Assembly (NCBI GenBank): GCA_963662795.1
Contig: OY759746.1
Span: 640,001-704,000 of the forward strand
Length of the DNA: 64,000 bases
From: Spirochaetia bacterium
Lineage (GTDB): Bacteria; Spirochaetota; Spirochaetia; CADAEX01
Direction: 5' to 3'
How positions within the stretch are numbered: the stretch's first letter is position 1; each line of letters starts with the position of its first letter. The notes beneath the pieces were generated by a model. The model saw only the letters and a program-made list of their open reading frames with translations. It did not search any database and was not told the DNA's origin. Of this stretch, positions 18,357-28,293 are shown one piece after another. The position numbers and the translations under genes are program-made.

Positions 18357-19829
18357 ATGATCAGCGTGCCTACGATTATTACATTTGTTCTTTATTTCTT
18401 TTTTCTTCTCTGGGTAGGAATCCACTTTTACAGGAAAACAACAAATATTGACGACTACCTTCTCGGGGGCCGTAAAATGGGAAGCTGGGTTACAGCCCTC
18501 TCCGCCCAGGCAAGCGATATGAGCGGATGGCTTCTGATGGGTCTCCCCGGCGCCGTATACCTTTCAGGCGTCAACCAGAGCTGGATTGCGATAGGCCTTC
18601 TGATCGGAACATTTCTGAACTGGATTCTTGTAGCTCCAAGGCTTCGCCTGTATACACAGGAGAAAGAATCCATAACGCTTTCAACATTTTTCGAAAGAAG
18701 ATTTAACGACCCCACAGGTCTTTTAAGAATAATATCGGCTATAATAATACTTGTTTTCTTTACAATATACGCTTCATCCGGTCTTGTCGGAGCGGGCAGG
18801 CTTTTTGAATCAATGTTTAAAATTGATTTTAAAATAACAGTAATAGCCGGCGCATTTGTAATGATTTTATATACATTCCTCGGCGGTTTTATGGCTGTCT
18901 GCTGGACCGACCTGTTTCAGGGAACACTTATGTTTATAGCCATAATATCTGTCCCTGTTACAGCATATTTCCATATTGGAGGATATTCCAATATTGCCGC
19001 GGCAATAGAAGCGAACAGGATATCGATGTCGCTCTTCAGGGACGGCACCGGAGCACTTTCCTTTTTAACTATAATATCCACAGTAGCATGGGGCCTCGGA
19101 TACTTCGGCCAGCCCCACATTCTTGCAAGATTCATGAGTATCAAATCCATAAAAGAGCTGCCAAAATCAACAGCAATTGCAATGATATGGGTTACGATTT
19201 CCCTCACAGGTGCAGTTTTTGTCGGGCTTATAGGGATTCCTATTTTCCCGGGTCTTTCCGGCGGATCGGAGGAAAAAATATTTATCTACATGATAGACAA
19301 ACTTTTCAATCCCTGGCTGGGAGGAGTATTCCTGGCTGCTATTCTGGCAGCCATAATGTCGACAATTGATTCCCAGCTTCTCGTTTCATCATCAGCGTTG
19401 ACAGAAGATTTCTATAAGCATCTTGTCAAAAAAGACGCATCAGATGCCCAGCAGATATGGATGGGAAGGGTCTGCGTCCTGATAATTTCAGCGATAGCGC
19501 TGTTCCTGGCGTTAACGCCCGGAAATACGGTTATGGGACTTGTTTCATACGCGTGGGGGGGATTCGGAGCAGCGTTCGGGCCTATAGTCTTAACCTCGCT
19601 CTTTTCAAAAAAAACATCATGGCAGTCTGCTCTCGCGGGAATGGTAACAGGAACAGTTGTCCTTGTCCTCTGGAAAAATACAGGCATGGGAAATTATCTG
19701 TATGAAATAATACCGGGATTTATTTCCAATTTCATCGCAATCTGGCTGTTCAATCTGAAATTCTCCCATGACAGTTCCGGAGAGATTGAAAATATTGAAA
19801 AACAGATTAAAGAGATAAAAAATCTGTAA
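18357..19829 (+). CDS. putP: Sodium/proline symporter
   Basis: ALSAQASDMSGWLLMGLPG, WGLGYFGQPHILARFM, MSTIDSQLLV. Confidence 0.93.
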   Translation: MISVPTIITFVLYFFFLLWVGIHFYRKTTNIDDYLLGGRKMGSWVTALSAQASDMSGWLLMGLPGAVYLSGVNQSWIAIGLLIGTFLNWILVAPRLRLYTQEKESITLSTFFERRFNDPTGLLRIISAIIILVFFTIYASSGLVGAGRLFESMFKIDFKITVIAGAFVMILYTFLGGFMAVCWTDLFQGTLMFIAIISVPVTAYFHIGGYSNIAAAIEANRISMSLFRDGTGALSFLTIISTVAWGLGYFGQPHILARFMSIKSIKELPKSTAIAMIWVTISLTGAVFVGLIGIPIFPGLSGGSEEKIFIYMIDKLFNPWLGGVFLAAILAAIMSTIDSQLLVSSSALTEDFYKHLVKKDASDAQQIWMGRVCVLIISAIALFLALTPGNTVMGLVSYAWGGFGAAFGPIVLTSLFSKKTSWQSALAGMVTGTVVLVLWKNTGMGNYLYEIIPGFISNFIAIWLFNLKFSHDSSGEIENIEKQIKEIKNL

Positions 19830-19848
19830 CAGAAAAAAAGAGAAAGTA

Positions 19849-20445
19849 ATGGACGAATTGTCTTTACCTGAAGAAAAAAAACATCTCAGAAACAGCATGA
19901 AAAAGCTGCTGCTTCAGCTTTCAAAGGAAATGCGGTCTGAAATGAGCCTTAAGGTTCTTGAGAATTTACAGAAACTCGATGCCTGGAAAAATGCCGATAC
20001 CGTACTTGCTTTTCTCTCAATGAAAGATGAAATTGAAACAGAAAATATAATTAATGCCGCTCTCAAGGAAGGTAAAAAATGCGCGGTCCCGAGATTAGAC
20101 GGGGAGGTCATGGAGTTTTACTATATTGATTCCTTATCAGATAAAAGCCTTTTAAAGCACAGTTACGGAATGTATGAGCCCTCTCCCTCCTCCCCAAAAG
20201 TTTCCGGTGATGACTTTAAATCGCGCAGCATCCTTCTTCTTGCGCCAGGTCTCGCGTTTGACAGCAGATGCATGCGCCTTGGCAGGGGGAAAAGCTTCTA
20301 TGACAGGTTTTTGTCAAAACATGAAAATGAGTGCGTCAGGGCTGGAATTGCATTCCAGTTTCAGATAACTGATAAAGTTCCTGCCGAAGTACATGATATC
20401 AGGCTTGATTTTGTAATCACCGAAAACAGGGTATATTCAGCATGA
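19849..20445 (+). CDS. 5-formyltetrahydrofolate cyclo-ligase
   Basis: PGLAFD...RLGRGKSFYDRFL, HDIRLD. Confidence 0.9.
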   Translation: MDELSLPEEKKHLRNSMKKLLLQLSKEMRSEMSLKVLENLQKLDAWKNADTVLAFLSMKDEIETENIINAALKEGKKCAVPRLDGEVMEFYYIDSLSDKSLLKHSYGMYEPSPSSPKVSGDDFKSRSILLLAPGLAFDSRCMRLGRGKSFYDRFLSKHENECVRAGIAFQFQITDKVPAEVHDIRLDFVITENRVYSA

Positions 20446-20452
20446 AGAAATT

Positions 20453-21301
20453 ATGAACACGAGTGTTTTTATCCTTGTCCTGTTTGCAGCTTTTACCCAT
20501 GCGGTATGGAATTTTTTTACAAAAAAAGTATCAGGTAATTTTACAATTTTCTGGTACGGTCTTGTTATTGTAAATCTTCTTATGCTGATTTATACAGTTT
20601 ACTCTGTCATAACAGCCGGAATTGACGGCAGGGTTTTTATTTTTATTCTTGTTTCAGCCGCAGCCCACGGACTTTATTACCTGGCGCTTCTCTATACCTA
20701 CTCGAGAGGGGATATCTCAACAGCCTACCCCATAGCAAGGGGAACCGGAGTTGCGGGGACAACACTGCTCTCCTACTTTCTGCTGAAAGAGCTGATCACA
20801 CCGATGGCCGCGCTCGGTATCACAGCGGTCTTTTCCGGTATAGTATTTATCGGGTTAAGCAGGATTAAAAACCAGAAGAGGGATATAAAATCATACGCAG
20901 TCTCAATACTCACAGGTGTTTTCATCTTTACCTACTCAATAACAGACAAGCTGGGGGTAGGAATGGCCAACCCGGTAGTATATGTCAATATTCTCGACCT
21001 TATTGCCCTTACCGCTCTTGCCGGATTTGCAAACCAGGGCGGAGTAAAAAAATCCATTAAGCTTGTCAGGGCCAATTTAAAGGAAACACTGATAATCGGG
21101 ATCGGCTCATCAGGAACCTATCTTATTATTCTTTTTGCCATGCAGCTTGAAAGGGCAAGTTATATTGTCTCGATGAGAGAGTTCTCAGTAGTTATTGCAT
21201 CTGTCATGGGGTTTGTTTTCCTCAGGGAAAAACCTACATTATTTAAAATAACAGGGATTATCCTTATTACAGCAGGACTTGTACTGATAAAACTCGGATA
21301 G
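20453..21301 (+). CDS. EamA/DMT family transporter
   Basis: HAVWN, AYPIARG, REFSVV; about 10 hydrophobic segments. Confidence 0.85.
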   Translation: MNTSVFILVLFAAFTHAVWNFFTKKVSGNFTIFWYGLVIVNLLMLIYTVYSVITAGIDGRVFIFILVSAAAHGLYYLALLYTYSRGDISTAYPIARGTGVAGTTLLSYFLLKELITPMAALGITAVFSGIVFIGLSRIKNQKRDIKSYAVSILTGVFIFTYSITDKLGVGMANPVVYVNILDLIALTALAGFANQGGVKKSIKLVRANLKETLIIGIGSSGTYLIILFAMQLERASYIVSMREFSVVIASVMGFVFLREKPTLFKITGIILITAGLVLIKLG

Positions 21302-21304
21302 TAT

Positions 21305-21333
21305 TTGACTATGACAGAGAATGTTATTAAAAT
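21305..21333 (+). promoter_or_regulatory. sigma70 promoter
   Basis: TTGACT-17 nt-TAAAAT. Confidence 0.65.
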
Positions 21334-21392
21334 TCAGTTATACGGGACTTCGGTATGTCCCGATTAAAGATTAAAAACTGGAGATCAGATAT

Positions 21393-21983
21393 ATGGGTGA
21401 AATAAAATCCGCGCTTGAACTTGCGCTTGAAAAAACAGACAGTGTAAAAAGCGACAGGACCCTTATAGTAAAGAATGAGGCTGATGAAGCCGGCAGAAAA
21501 GCCGCATTTGAATACCTTGAAGAAAGCAGTATAAAACCCTCTTCTCTTGAGGCAAAGTTAAAAGCCGCGGACAAAAACAACAGGCAATGGGTAAAAGAGG
21601 GGATGTTCAAGGTGTTCAGCAACAATTTAAAACTGCCTGAAGATAAAAGCTCATTTGAAAAAATCGGCAGGCTGAAAGAAGGGTTTGCTGCAATTGCCGA
21701 GAAGAAGAAAGAGGTGCTTTTTCTGTTTGACCAGATTGAAAGCCTTTATAACAACTATCTCCAGAATAAGACTTCTGCGGTTGAGAAGCTTAAAAACAGC
21801 TATGCCCGCAAACTAAAGGAAAAGGAAATGGCGCTATCGCAGCAGCTTGGAAAAGAAGTCCATCTCACTCCGGAGAAAGACCCTGAGTTTCTGGAGTATC
21901 TTCACAAAACCATTGGCCAGCTTGACGATCAGTATCAGGAAGTTCTGGGCAAGGTAAAGGAAGAGCTTAAGAAAAGGATATAA
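21393..21983 (+). CDS. Conserved hypothetical protein (DUF6657-like, helical)
   Basis: N-terminal MGEIKSALELALEK motif, recalled from spirochaete proteins; good SD. Confidence 0.6.
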   Translation: MGEIKSALELALEKTDSVKSDRTLIVKNEADEAGRKAAFEYLEESSIKPSSLEAKLKAADKNNRQWVKEGMFKVFSNNLKLPEDKSSFEKIGRLKEGFAAIAEKKKEVLFLFDQIESLYNNYLQNKTSAVEKLKNSYARKLKEKEMALSQQLGKEVHLTPEKDPEFLEYLHKTIGQLDDQYQEVLGKVKEELKKRI

Positions 21984-22020
21984 AAATTGCTGCCGCTTAT
22001 TAAAGCTGTAAACTTAAAAT

Positions 22021-22056
22021 AAAAAACCCGGTTCATGACGCGAACCGGGTTTTTTT
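22021..22056. terminator. Bidirectional Rho-independent terminator
   Basis: AAAAAACCCGGTTC-ATGACGC-GAACCGGGTTTTTT between convergent genes. Confidence 0.9.
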
Positions 22057-22080
22057 TATCCAGATAATTCAGGGCGTATT

Positions 22081-22530
22081 TCAGTCTTCCCTGAAAAGCT
22101 CCACAACTTCTTCGGGAGTAGCAGCATTTACAAGAAGCCGGCAGAAACTCTGCGAACGGGTTATCCTTGCAATTTCAGCAAGCGCTTCAATATGAGGGCC
22201 TGACTGATTGGGCTGGGCAAGAAGAAGGAAAAAAAGCTTTGACTTTTCACCGTCAAGAGCGTCAAAATCAACTCCGTCCGGAGCAATTCCGATAGCAAGG
22301 GTGAGGTTTTTAACTTTTTCTGTTTTGGCGTGGGGAACAGCAATCCCTTTTTCAAGGCCTGTGCTTCCCATGTTTTCCCTTGCGATTACAGCATTGAAGA
22401 CGCTTTCCTTATCGCTGATTTTATCTGCTTTATCGAGAACATCAACCAGTTCCCTGATTACTTCTGTTTTGGTTTTTGATTTCAGCGGGACTCTTACCAC
22501 GCTGGTTGATATAAGATCTACTATAGCCAT
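22081..22530 (-). CDS. PTS EIIA (Fru/Ntr-type), stand-alone
   Basis: RENMGSTGLEKGIAVPHAK, FDALDG, HIEALAEIAR. Confidence 0.9.
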   Translation of the reverse strand: MAIVDLISTSVVRVPLKSKTKTEVIRELVDVLDKADKISDKESVFNAVIARENMGSTGLEKGIAVPHAKTEKVKNLTLAIGIAPDGVDFDALDGEKSKLFFLLLAQPNQSGPHIEALAEIARITRSQSFCRLLVNAATPEEVVELFRED

Positions 22531-22569
22531 TCTTCTCCATCCTTCTTAAAAACGGTTACCATTGTATAT

Positions 22570-23058
22570 TTAAACAAGCTGATTGTAAAGACTCCAGATG
22601 CGCTCTTCATCCTTGGCAATCAGTACAGAACAGTTTACACTTCTCATTGCCCTTTCTGTCTCGTTGTAAAGCTCATCTCTCCTGCTTCTTATTTTTGAAA
22701 GTTCACCTATTATTAAAAGATCAATTTCATTTTCATTAACCTTGTTCTTTATTTCCACATTGACGCTTCCGCTTGATTTAAGGGTTTTTACAGCTACCCC
22801 TTTCTCTCTTGCCATTTGTTTAATATGGTTAAGATACCTGTCAGCATCATGTTCAAGGTCTTTTTTATATTCCTCTTCCTCAGCCTGCAGGAATATTTTA
22901 GCGTTCACAAGGTCGCTCAGGGCCCTTGTATTTACAATGTATAATGCATAAAACTCTGCTCCGGTCGCCCTTGCAAGGCAGATTCCGTACTGGGCAGCTG
23001 TTATCGATTCTTCAGTGCCGTCAACATATACCATTATCTTTTTAACAGGTCCGTCCAT
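22570..23058 (-). CDS. Universal stress protein
   Basis: KKIMVYVDGTEES, DLLIIG, CSVLIAK. Confidence 0.88.
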   Translation of the reverse strand: MDGPVKKIMVYVDGTEESITAAQYGICLARATGAEFYALYIVNTRALSDLVNAKIFLQAEEEEYKKDLEHDADRYLNHIKQMAREKGVAVKTLKSSGSVNVEIKNKVNENEIDLLIIGELSKIRSRRDELYNETERAMRSVNCSVLIAKDEERIWSLYNQLV

Positions 23059-23072
23059 GAAGCTCTCCTGAA

Positions 23073-23711
23073 TTAATTATCGCTTTTTTCTTTTTTCTTT
23101 TCCAGTCTTGTTTTAATCATTTTAAGGAGGATAATCATATCCCTCTCATTCTCCTCAAGCCTGTTCTGAATATATTTTACTGTTTCCTTAAGTTCCGGAA
23201 TGGCAATCTTCTCAAGAGCGTTAACCTTCCGGATTGTTTTTTTGACTTCCCTTGCAAGCCGCATGATTGATATTTTAAGCTCAGCAAGTTTTCCCATAAT
23301 CTGGAGAACTGCCTTGAATTCATTAAGGGAGCTGTCAATCCAGAAACTGTTGTTCATCGGGCTGTAGTAAGGGGGATAATCATCAAACTCCGTATCAACT
23401 ACAGGAAGACCTACCCCCATTACTTTTCTCTGGGTAATTTTAACCCGGCTTTCAATATTTATGGCGCTTGCTACCTGAGTCACTTTCAGTTTACCCATGT
23501 CGATGACAGCCTCTTCAAGTGTCCTGTACGCTTCAGCAAGGGCTTTTTCCACTTTCTCCTCATGATCTGCGGCCTGGTCAACAAGATTTAAAAGCTCTAT
23601 GACGAGAATGTTTCTTTTCTGGTCAAGCAGCTCATAACCCAGTCTTGCGAATTTTAATTCATGGCCGAGAGAGAGCAGGTTGGTTTTTGTAGGCGCTATA
23701 TTGGTTTTCAT
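23073..23711 (-). CDS. atpD: V/A-type ATP synthase subunit D
   Basis: PTKTNL, GYELLDQKR, RKVNALEK. Confidence 0.93.
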   Translation of the reverse strand: MKTNIAPTKTNLLSLGHELKFARLGYELLDQKRNILVIELLNLVDQAADHEEKVEKALAEAYRTLEEAVIDMGKLKVTQVASAINIESRVKITQRKVMGVGLPVVDTEFDDYPPYYSPMNNSFWIDSSLNEFKAVLQIMGKLAELKISIMRLAREVKKTIRKVNALEKIAIPELKETVKYIQNRLEENERDMIILLKMIKTRLEKKKEKSDN

Positions 23712-25123
23712 TATCTGCCGTAATACTTTTCGATCTCTTCTTCAGTAACCCTGTGAAGTTCATCCTGGGGAAGAAGGCCGAGACATTCCCATCCTAAATT
23801 CAATGTTTCCTCAATTGATCTGTCTTCGCTCATTTTCTGGGAAACAAACCGTCTTTCAAAAGCTTCGCCGAATTCCATATACTGATGATCAAGGGGGGTC
23901 AGCTCCTCCTCTCCGATAACAGAGGCCAGGTTTCTTACATCCTTGACATAGCTGTAGGCAGCGAAAAGCTGGCTGGCAAGATGGGGATGGTCCTCCCTTG
24001 TCATTCCTTCTCCGATACCGTCTTTCATAAGTCTTGAAAGGGAAGGCAGCCCCGCTACCGGCGGATAAATATTTCTGCTGTACATCTCTCTTTCAAAAAC
24101 TATCTGCCCTTCAGTAATGTATCCTGTAAGGTCAGGGATCGGATGCGATATATCATCGTTAGGCATGGTCAGAATAGGAAGCTGGGTGATTGACCCGCTG
24201 AAACCTTTTACCATTCCTGATCTTTCGTAAAGTTCTGCAAGGTCAGAGTAAAGATATCCCGGATATCCTTTCCTTGAGGGTATTTCACCCCTGATTGTTG
24301 AAATCTCGCGGAGCGATTCGCAGTAATTAGCCATATCTGTCATGATTACAAGTACGTGCATGTTCTTGTTGAATGCCAGGTGCTCGGCAAGGGTAAGGGC
24401 GGTACGGGGTGTAATGGTTCTTTCTATTGAAGGGTCATCTGCCAGAGAAAGGAAAAGCGCGACATTGTCGAGGACTCCTGTCTCTTCAAAAGACCTTACA
24501 AAGTACCTGGCAACATCATGCTTTACACCCATTGCCGCGAAAACTACGGCGAAATTTGTCTTGCTCCCCTTTATTTTTGCCTGCCGCGCTATCTGTGCAG
24601 CAAGTTCGTTATGAGGCAGCCCGTTGCCCGAGAATATCGGAAGTTTCTGCCCCCGGATCAGGGTATTCATGCCGTCAATTACGGAAATACCTGTCTGGAT
24701 AAAGTCTTTCGGATACTCTCTCGCTGTGGGATTGATTGCCATGCCGTTTATATCAAGTTCAGTCTCTGCGACAGGCATCGGCCCGTTGTCTATCGGGTGG
24801 CCGAGACCGTTGAAAACACGCCCGAGCATTTTCTCGCTTACGCCGAGCTTGAGCGGTTCGCCCATGAACCTTATATGTGTATCCGGCATCGTAAGACCGG
24901 AAGTCCCCTCAAAAACCTGAACACAGACTATATCGCTTGAAGTATCAAGGACAAGGCCGAGCCGTGTTGCACCTGAAGGGTCAACGCATTCCACCAGCTC
25001 GCGGTATCCGACAGCATGTGTCTTTTTTATAAATACCAGCGGCCCGTCAATCCTGTCTACACCGATATATTCAAGCCCTGTTTTGAGTTTTTTCTGCTTT
25101 TCATGCATATCTATCTTAGACAT
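23711..25123 (-). CDS. atpB: V/A-type ATP synthase subunit B
   Basis: [33 protein letters not shown]. Start moved to the ATG at 25123. Confidence 0.95.
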   Translation of the reverse strand: MSKIDMHEKQKKLKTGLEYIGVDRIDGPLVFIKKTHAVGYRELVECVDPSGATRLGLVLDTSSDIVCVQVFEGTSGLTMPDTHIRFMGEPLKLGVSEKMLGRVFNGLGHPIDNGPMPVAETELDINGMAINPTAREYPKDFIQTGISVIDGMNTLIRGQKLPIFSGNGLPHNELAAQIARQAKIKGSKTNFAVVFAAMGVKHDVARYFVRSFEETGVLDNVALFLSLADDPSIERTITPRTALTLAEHLAFNKNMHVLVIMTDMANYCESLREISTIRGEIPSRKGYPGYLYSDLAELYERSGMVKGFSGSITQLPILTMPNDDISHPIPDLTGYITEGQIVFEREMYSRNIYPPVAGLPSLSRLMKDGIGEGMTREDHPHLASQLFAAYSYVKDVRNLASVIGEEELTPLDHQYMEFGEAFERRFVSQKMSEDRSIEETLNLGWECLGLLPQDELHRVTEEEIEKYYGR

Positions 25124-26888
25124 ATACGCTCTCCAGTTGATCAAGTGACCTTTCAAGTCTTGCGGTAAGCTTATCGAGAAGTTTAAGATCTTCGTTAGGC
25201 ACATTGAATTTCATCTTTACAATGTCCTGGTTAACACTCATTTTCTTGAGCTTCACAAGGGTACCGCCCCTCTTTAAAACCTCGGCTCCCCTTCTGTAAT
25301 ATGTCAGAATTACCTGAAGCATCTTCATCTGTTTTTCAACAGTTGAGAATCTGTCAATATCATCAAAAGCGTTCTGCTGAAGAAACGCGTTCTTGAAAAG
25401 GGTACAGACATCAATTATGAATTTCTGACTGTCGGGAAGTGCGTCCGGCCCTACAAGTTTTACAACCTGCTGAAGCCTTACCTCTTTCTGCAGCAATTCC
25501 ATAATCTCCGCCCTGTCATCAGACCATGTAGGGCCGGCATGCTGTTCCCACCAGGGAATAACCTCAAGAAGGTATTCGCTGTAGCTCTCAAGCCATGAAA
25601 TAGCCGGATAGTGGCGCGCGTTGGCAAGCTGCCGGTCCAGGCCCCAGAAACACCTTACAAACCGTTTTGTATGCTGTGTTACAGGTTCTGAAAAGTCGCC
25701 GCCCGGAGGAGATACAGCTCCGATAAGGGAAACCGAACCATCTTTGCCGCACAGCGTATTCATGTAGCCGGCCCTTTCATAGAACTCGGCTATCCTTGTT
25801 GGAAGATACGCCGGAAAGCCTTCCTCTGCAGGCATCTCTTCCATACGGCCGGAAAGCTCTCTTAAAGCCTCTGCCCATCTTGATGTCGAGTCTGCCATTA
25901 CGGCCACATGGTAACCCATGTCCCTGTAATATTCCGCCAGTGTTACACCGGTGTATATGCTTGCCTCTCTTGCGGATACAGGCATGTTGGATGTATTCGC
26001 GATAAGAATCGTCCTTTCCATAAGGCTTCTGTTTGTCCGCGGGTCGATGAGCTTGGGGAATTCCGTGAGAACATCTGTCATCTCGTTTCCCCGCTCGCCG
26101 CAGCCTATATAAACAATAAGGTCTGCATCGCACCACTTGGCAATGGCGTGCTGAGTCATTGTCTTTCCTGTCCCGAACCCTCCCGGGATTGCGACAGTAC
26201 CGCCCTTGGCAATCGGGAACAGGGTGTCTATAACCCTCTGTCCTGTGATAAGGGGAATATTAAGCGGCTGCCTCTCTTTTACAGGGCGGGGGACACGTAT
26301 GGGCCATCTCTGGATCATGGTAACATTGACATCGCCGTCTTTAGTTTCAACAACTGCTATAGGATCTTCTACAGCGTATTCCCCTTCAGGGAATAATTTC
26401 TTTAAAGTGCCGCTAACGCCTGGAGGAATGAGAATTTTGTGATTTATCCTTTCTGTTTCCTGCACTGACCCTATAATCTCACCAGGATAGATAATATCGC
26501 CGGTTTTTATATCTTCAGGGACAAAACTCCATTTTCTTTCCTTATTGATGGAAGAAACCTGGATTCCCTTTTCAATATAATGACCTGATATTTTGTATAT
26601 TTCTTCAAGCGGCCTCTGGATACCGTCATAGATTGTTCCTATAAGACCGGGGCCCAGCTCTACCGATAAAGGCATGCCTGAACCGTAAATATTATCTCCG
26701 GGGCAAATACCGGTTGTATCCTCATATACCTGGATTACAGCGGTCTGCCCTTCAAGTTTTATTATCTCACCGATAAGACGAACTTCAGCTACCCTTACCA
26801 GTTCAAGCATCATCGCGTCTGTAACGCCTTTTGCTTCAATTACAGGTCCATTAACCCTTCTGACCTGTCCGATTATCCGTTCTCTCAT
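25116..26888 (-). CDS. atpA: V/A-type ATP synthase subunit A
   Basis: [10 protein letters not shown]-loop, [21 protein letters not shown]. Confidence 0.96.
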   Translation of the reverse strand: MRERIIGQVRRVNGPVIEAKGVTDAMMLELVRVAEVRLIGEIIKLEGQTAVIQVYEDTTGICPGDNIYGSGMPLSVELGPGLIGTIYDGIQRPLEEIYKISGHYIEKGIQVSSINKERKWSFVPEDIKTGDIIYPGEIIGSVQETERINHKILIPPGVSGTLKKLFPEGEYAVEDPIAVVETKDGDVNVTMIQRWPIRVPRPVKERQPLNIPLITGQRVIDTLFPIAKGGTVAIPGGFGTGKTMTQHAIAKWCDADLIVYIGCGERGNEMTDVLTEFPKLIDPRTNRSLMERTILIANTSNMPVSAREASIYTGVTLAEYYRDMGYHVAVMADSTSRWAEALRELSGRMEEMPAEEGFPAYLPTRIAEFYERAGYMNTLCGKDGSVSLIGAVSPPGGDFSEPVTQHTKRFVRCFWGLDRQLANARHYPAISWLESYSEYLLEVIPWWEQHAGPTWSDDRAEIMELLQKEVRLQQVVKLVGPDALPDSQKFIIDVCTLFKNAFLQQNAFDDIDRFSTVEKQMKMLQVILTYYRRGAEVLKRGGTLVKLKKMSVNQDIVKMKFNVPNEDLKLLDKLTARLERSLDQLESVYV

Positions 26889-26941
26889 TCCGAACCTCTA
26901 TCTTGTTTCAGGCTGCACTACTTTGCTTAATCAATATCAGT

Positions 26942-27583
26942 TTACGCGAAAAACTCTTTATGTATTGTTTTCCGCATTTCAGCCTGATATCTTAAAAGCC
27001 TTGTAGGTACCTGATTGTTAAATGCTGTTTTATTATTCCTTGATGTTAAAACCACGCCCTGGGCGAAAAGAGGATTTTTATCTGATTTTACAAGATGTAT
27101 TTTCCCGCCTGTCAGATCAAAATACCTTTTTTCAGTTTCCCTTAAAAAACTATCACTTAAGATTTCAAGTTCTTTTACAGAACCGTTTATTACAGCCTCG
27201 TCCTCGCCAAGCCCGATAGCAGCATCAAGAATCCAGCCCCGCAGGATTTCAGGATAATCTTTTGATTTTCCTATCTCCCCGATTATATCCCGGACCTTCT
27301 CAACAACATTGTTAATTACTTTTTCCCTGATCTTGAGTACTACCCTTTTCTTTTCAACAGATATTGCCGACGCGCTGTTCTTTTCAATTACTGCTACCTG
27401 CTGCTCAATTTTTTTTGCCGTATCCCTGTCTATGGATTTAATCTGCATCTCTTTGGACATCTGTTTATCTGAGGCTGTTTTTTCGGCATCTTCAATAATT
27501 CTTTTTGCCTCTTGTTTCGCGTCCAGGGTAATACCTGAAATCAATTCGCTTCTATCGTCACTGGATGTTTTCATATTCTGCAC
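26942..27583 (-). CDS. atpE: V/A-type ATP synthase subunit E
   Basis: Coiled-coil N-terminus, GVVL...FNN, operon position. Confidence 0.8.
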   Translation of the reverse strand: MQNMKTSSDDRSELISGITLDAKQEAKRIIEDAEKTASDKQMSKEMQIKSIDRDTAKKIEQQVAVIEKNSASAISVEKKRVVLKIREKVINNVVEKVRDIIGEIGKSKDYPEILRGWILDAAIGLGEDEAVINGSVKELEILSDSFLRETEKRYFDLTGGKIHLVKSDKNPLFAQGVVLTSRNNKTAFNNQVPTRLLRYQAEMRKTIHKEFFA

Positions 27584-27592
27584 CTTAAAACC

Positions 27593-27898
27593 TTAAAGTT
27601 TTATGCCTATAGCCTCGTTAACCATAGCCCTGATACCCGGCCTGCCGGGGAGCCTCCCTTCCCGGCCGGGAACTTCAACTATCAGCGGAAACTGCTCTGT
27701 AAAAATATACCGGTCGACAAGGGGTCTTATCATATCAGCGATTTTGTAATCAATGATAATAATCCCGACATCGCTGTCTTCAAGAGCTGAGTTGAACGCG
27801 GTTTCTGCTTCTGCCGGGTTCTCTGCTTTTACACCCTGAACTCCCACAAGACCAAAACCTAAAACAGCATCTTCATCGCCGATAACAAAGTATTTCAT
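27593..27898 (-). CDS. atpF: V/A-type ATP synthase subunit F
   Basis: VIGDEDAVLGFGLVG, PLIVEVP. Confidence 0.9.
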   Translation of the reverse strand: MKYFVIGDEDAVLGFGLVGVQGVKAENPAEAETAFNSALEDSDVGIIIIDYKIADMIRPLVDRYIFTEQFPLIVEVPGREGRLPGRPGIRAMVNEAIGIKL

Positions 27899-27907
27899 GA
27901 CCGGGCC

Positions 27908-28276
27908 CTAAATTTTACCCAGTATCATCAGCGCAGTTATAAAACCGAATACGACAAGACCTTCAGCAAGCGCGATAAAAATAAGTGCCTGGGAAGCCAG
28001 TTCAGGTTTTTCCGCGATTGCGCCCATGGCGGCGGAACCTACATTTCCGATTGCAAGACCTGCGCCGAGAGCCCCGAAACCAAATGCAATAGCTGCTGCA
28101 ATAAGACCGAATTTTGCGACTCCCGCTTCCTGTTCTGTCATTGCCGCGTTTCCAGTTGAATGGTCCTGGGCAACTACATCCGCTACACTTCCTACCGCAA
28201 ACATTGTAATGGCGGCGAACAGAATAACCAGACTAAAATTGACCTTTTTCCTGAATTCCCCTGTTGTGTTATTCAT
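27908..28276 (-). CDS. atpK: V/A-type ATP synthase subunit K (c-ring)
   Basis: GAIAEKPE loop, IALAEG ion-binding Glu, signal-like N-terminal extension. Confidence 0.9.
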   Translation of the reverse strand: MNNTTGEFRKKVNFSLVILFAAITMFAVGSVADVVAQDHSTGNAAMTEQEAGVAKFGLIAAAIAFGFGALGAGLAIGNVGSAAMGAIAEKPELASQALIFIALAEGLVVFGFITALMILGKI

Positions 28277-28293
28277 AAGTAACTCCTCCTTCT

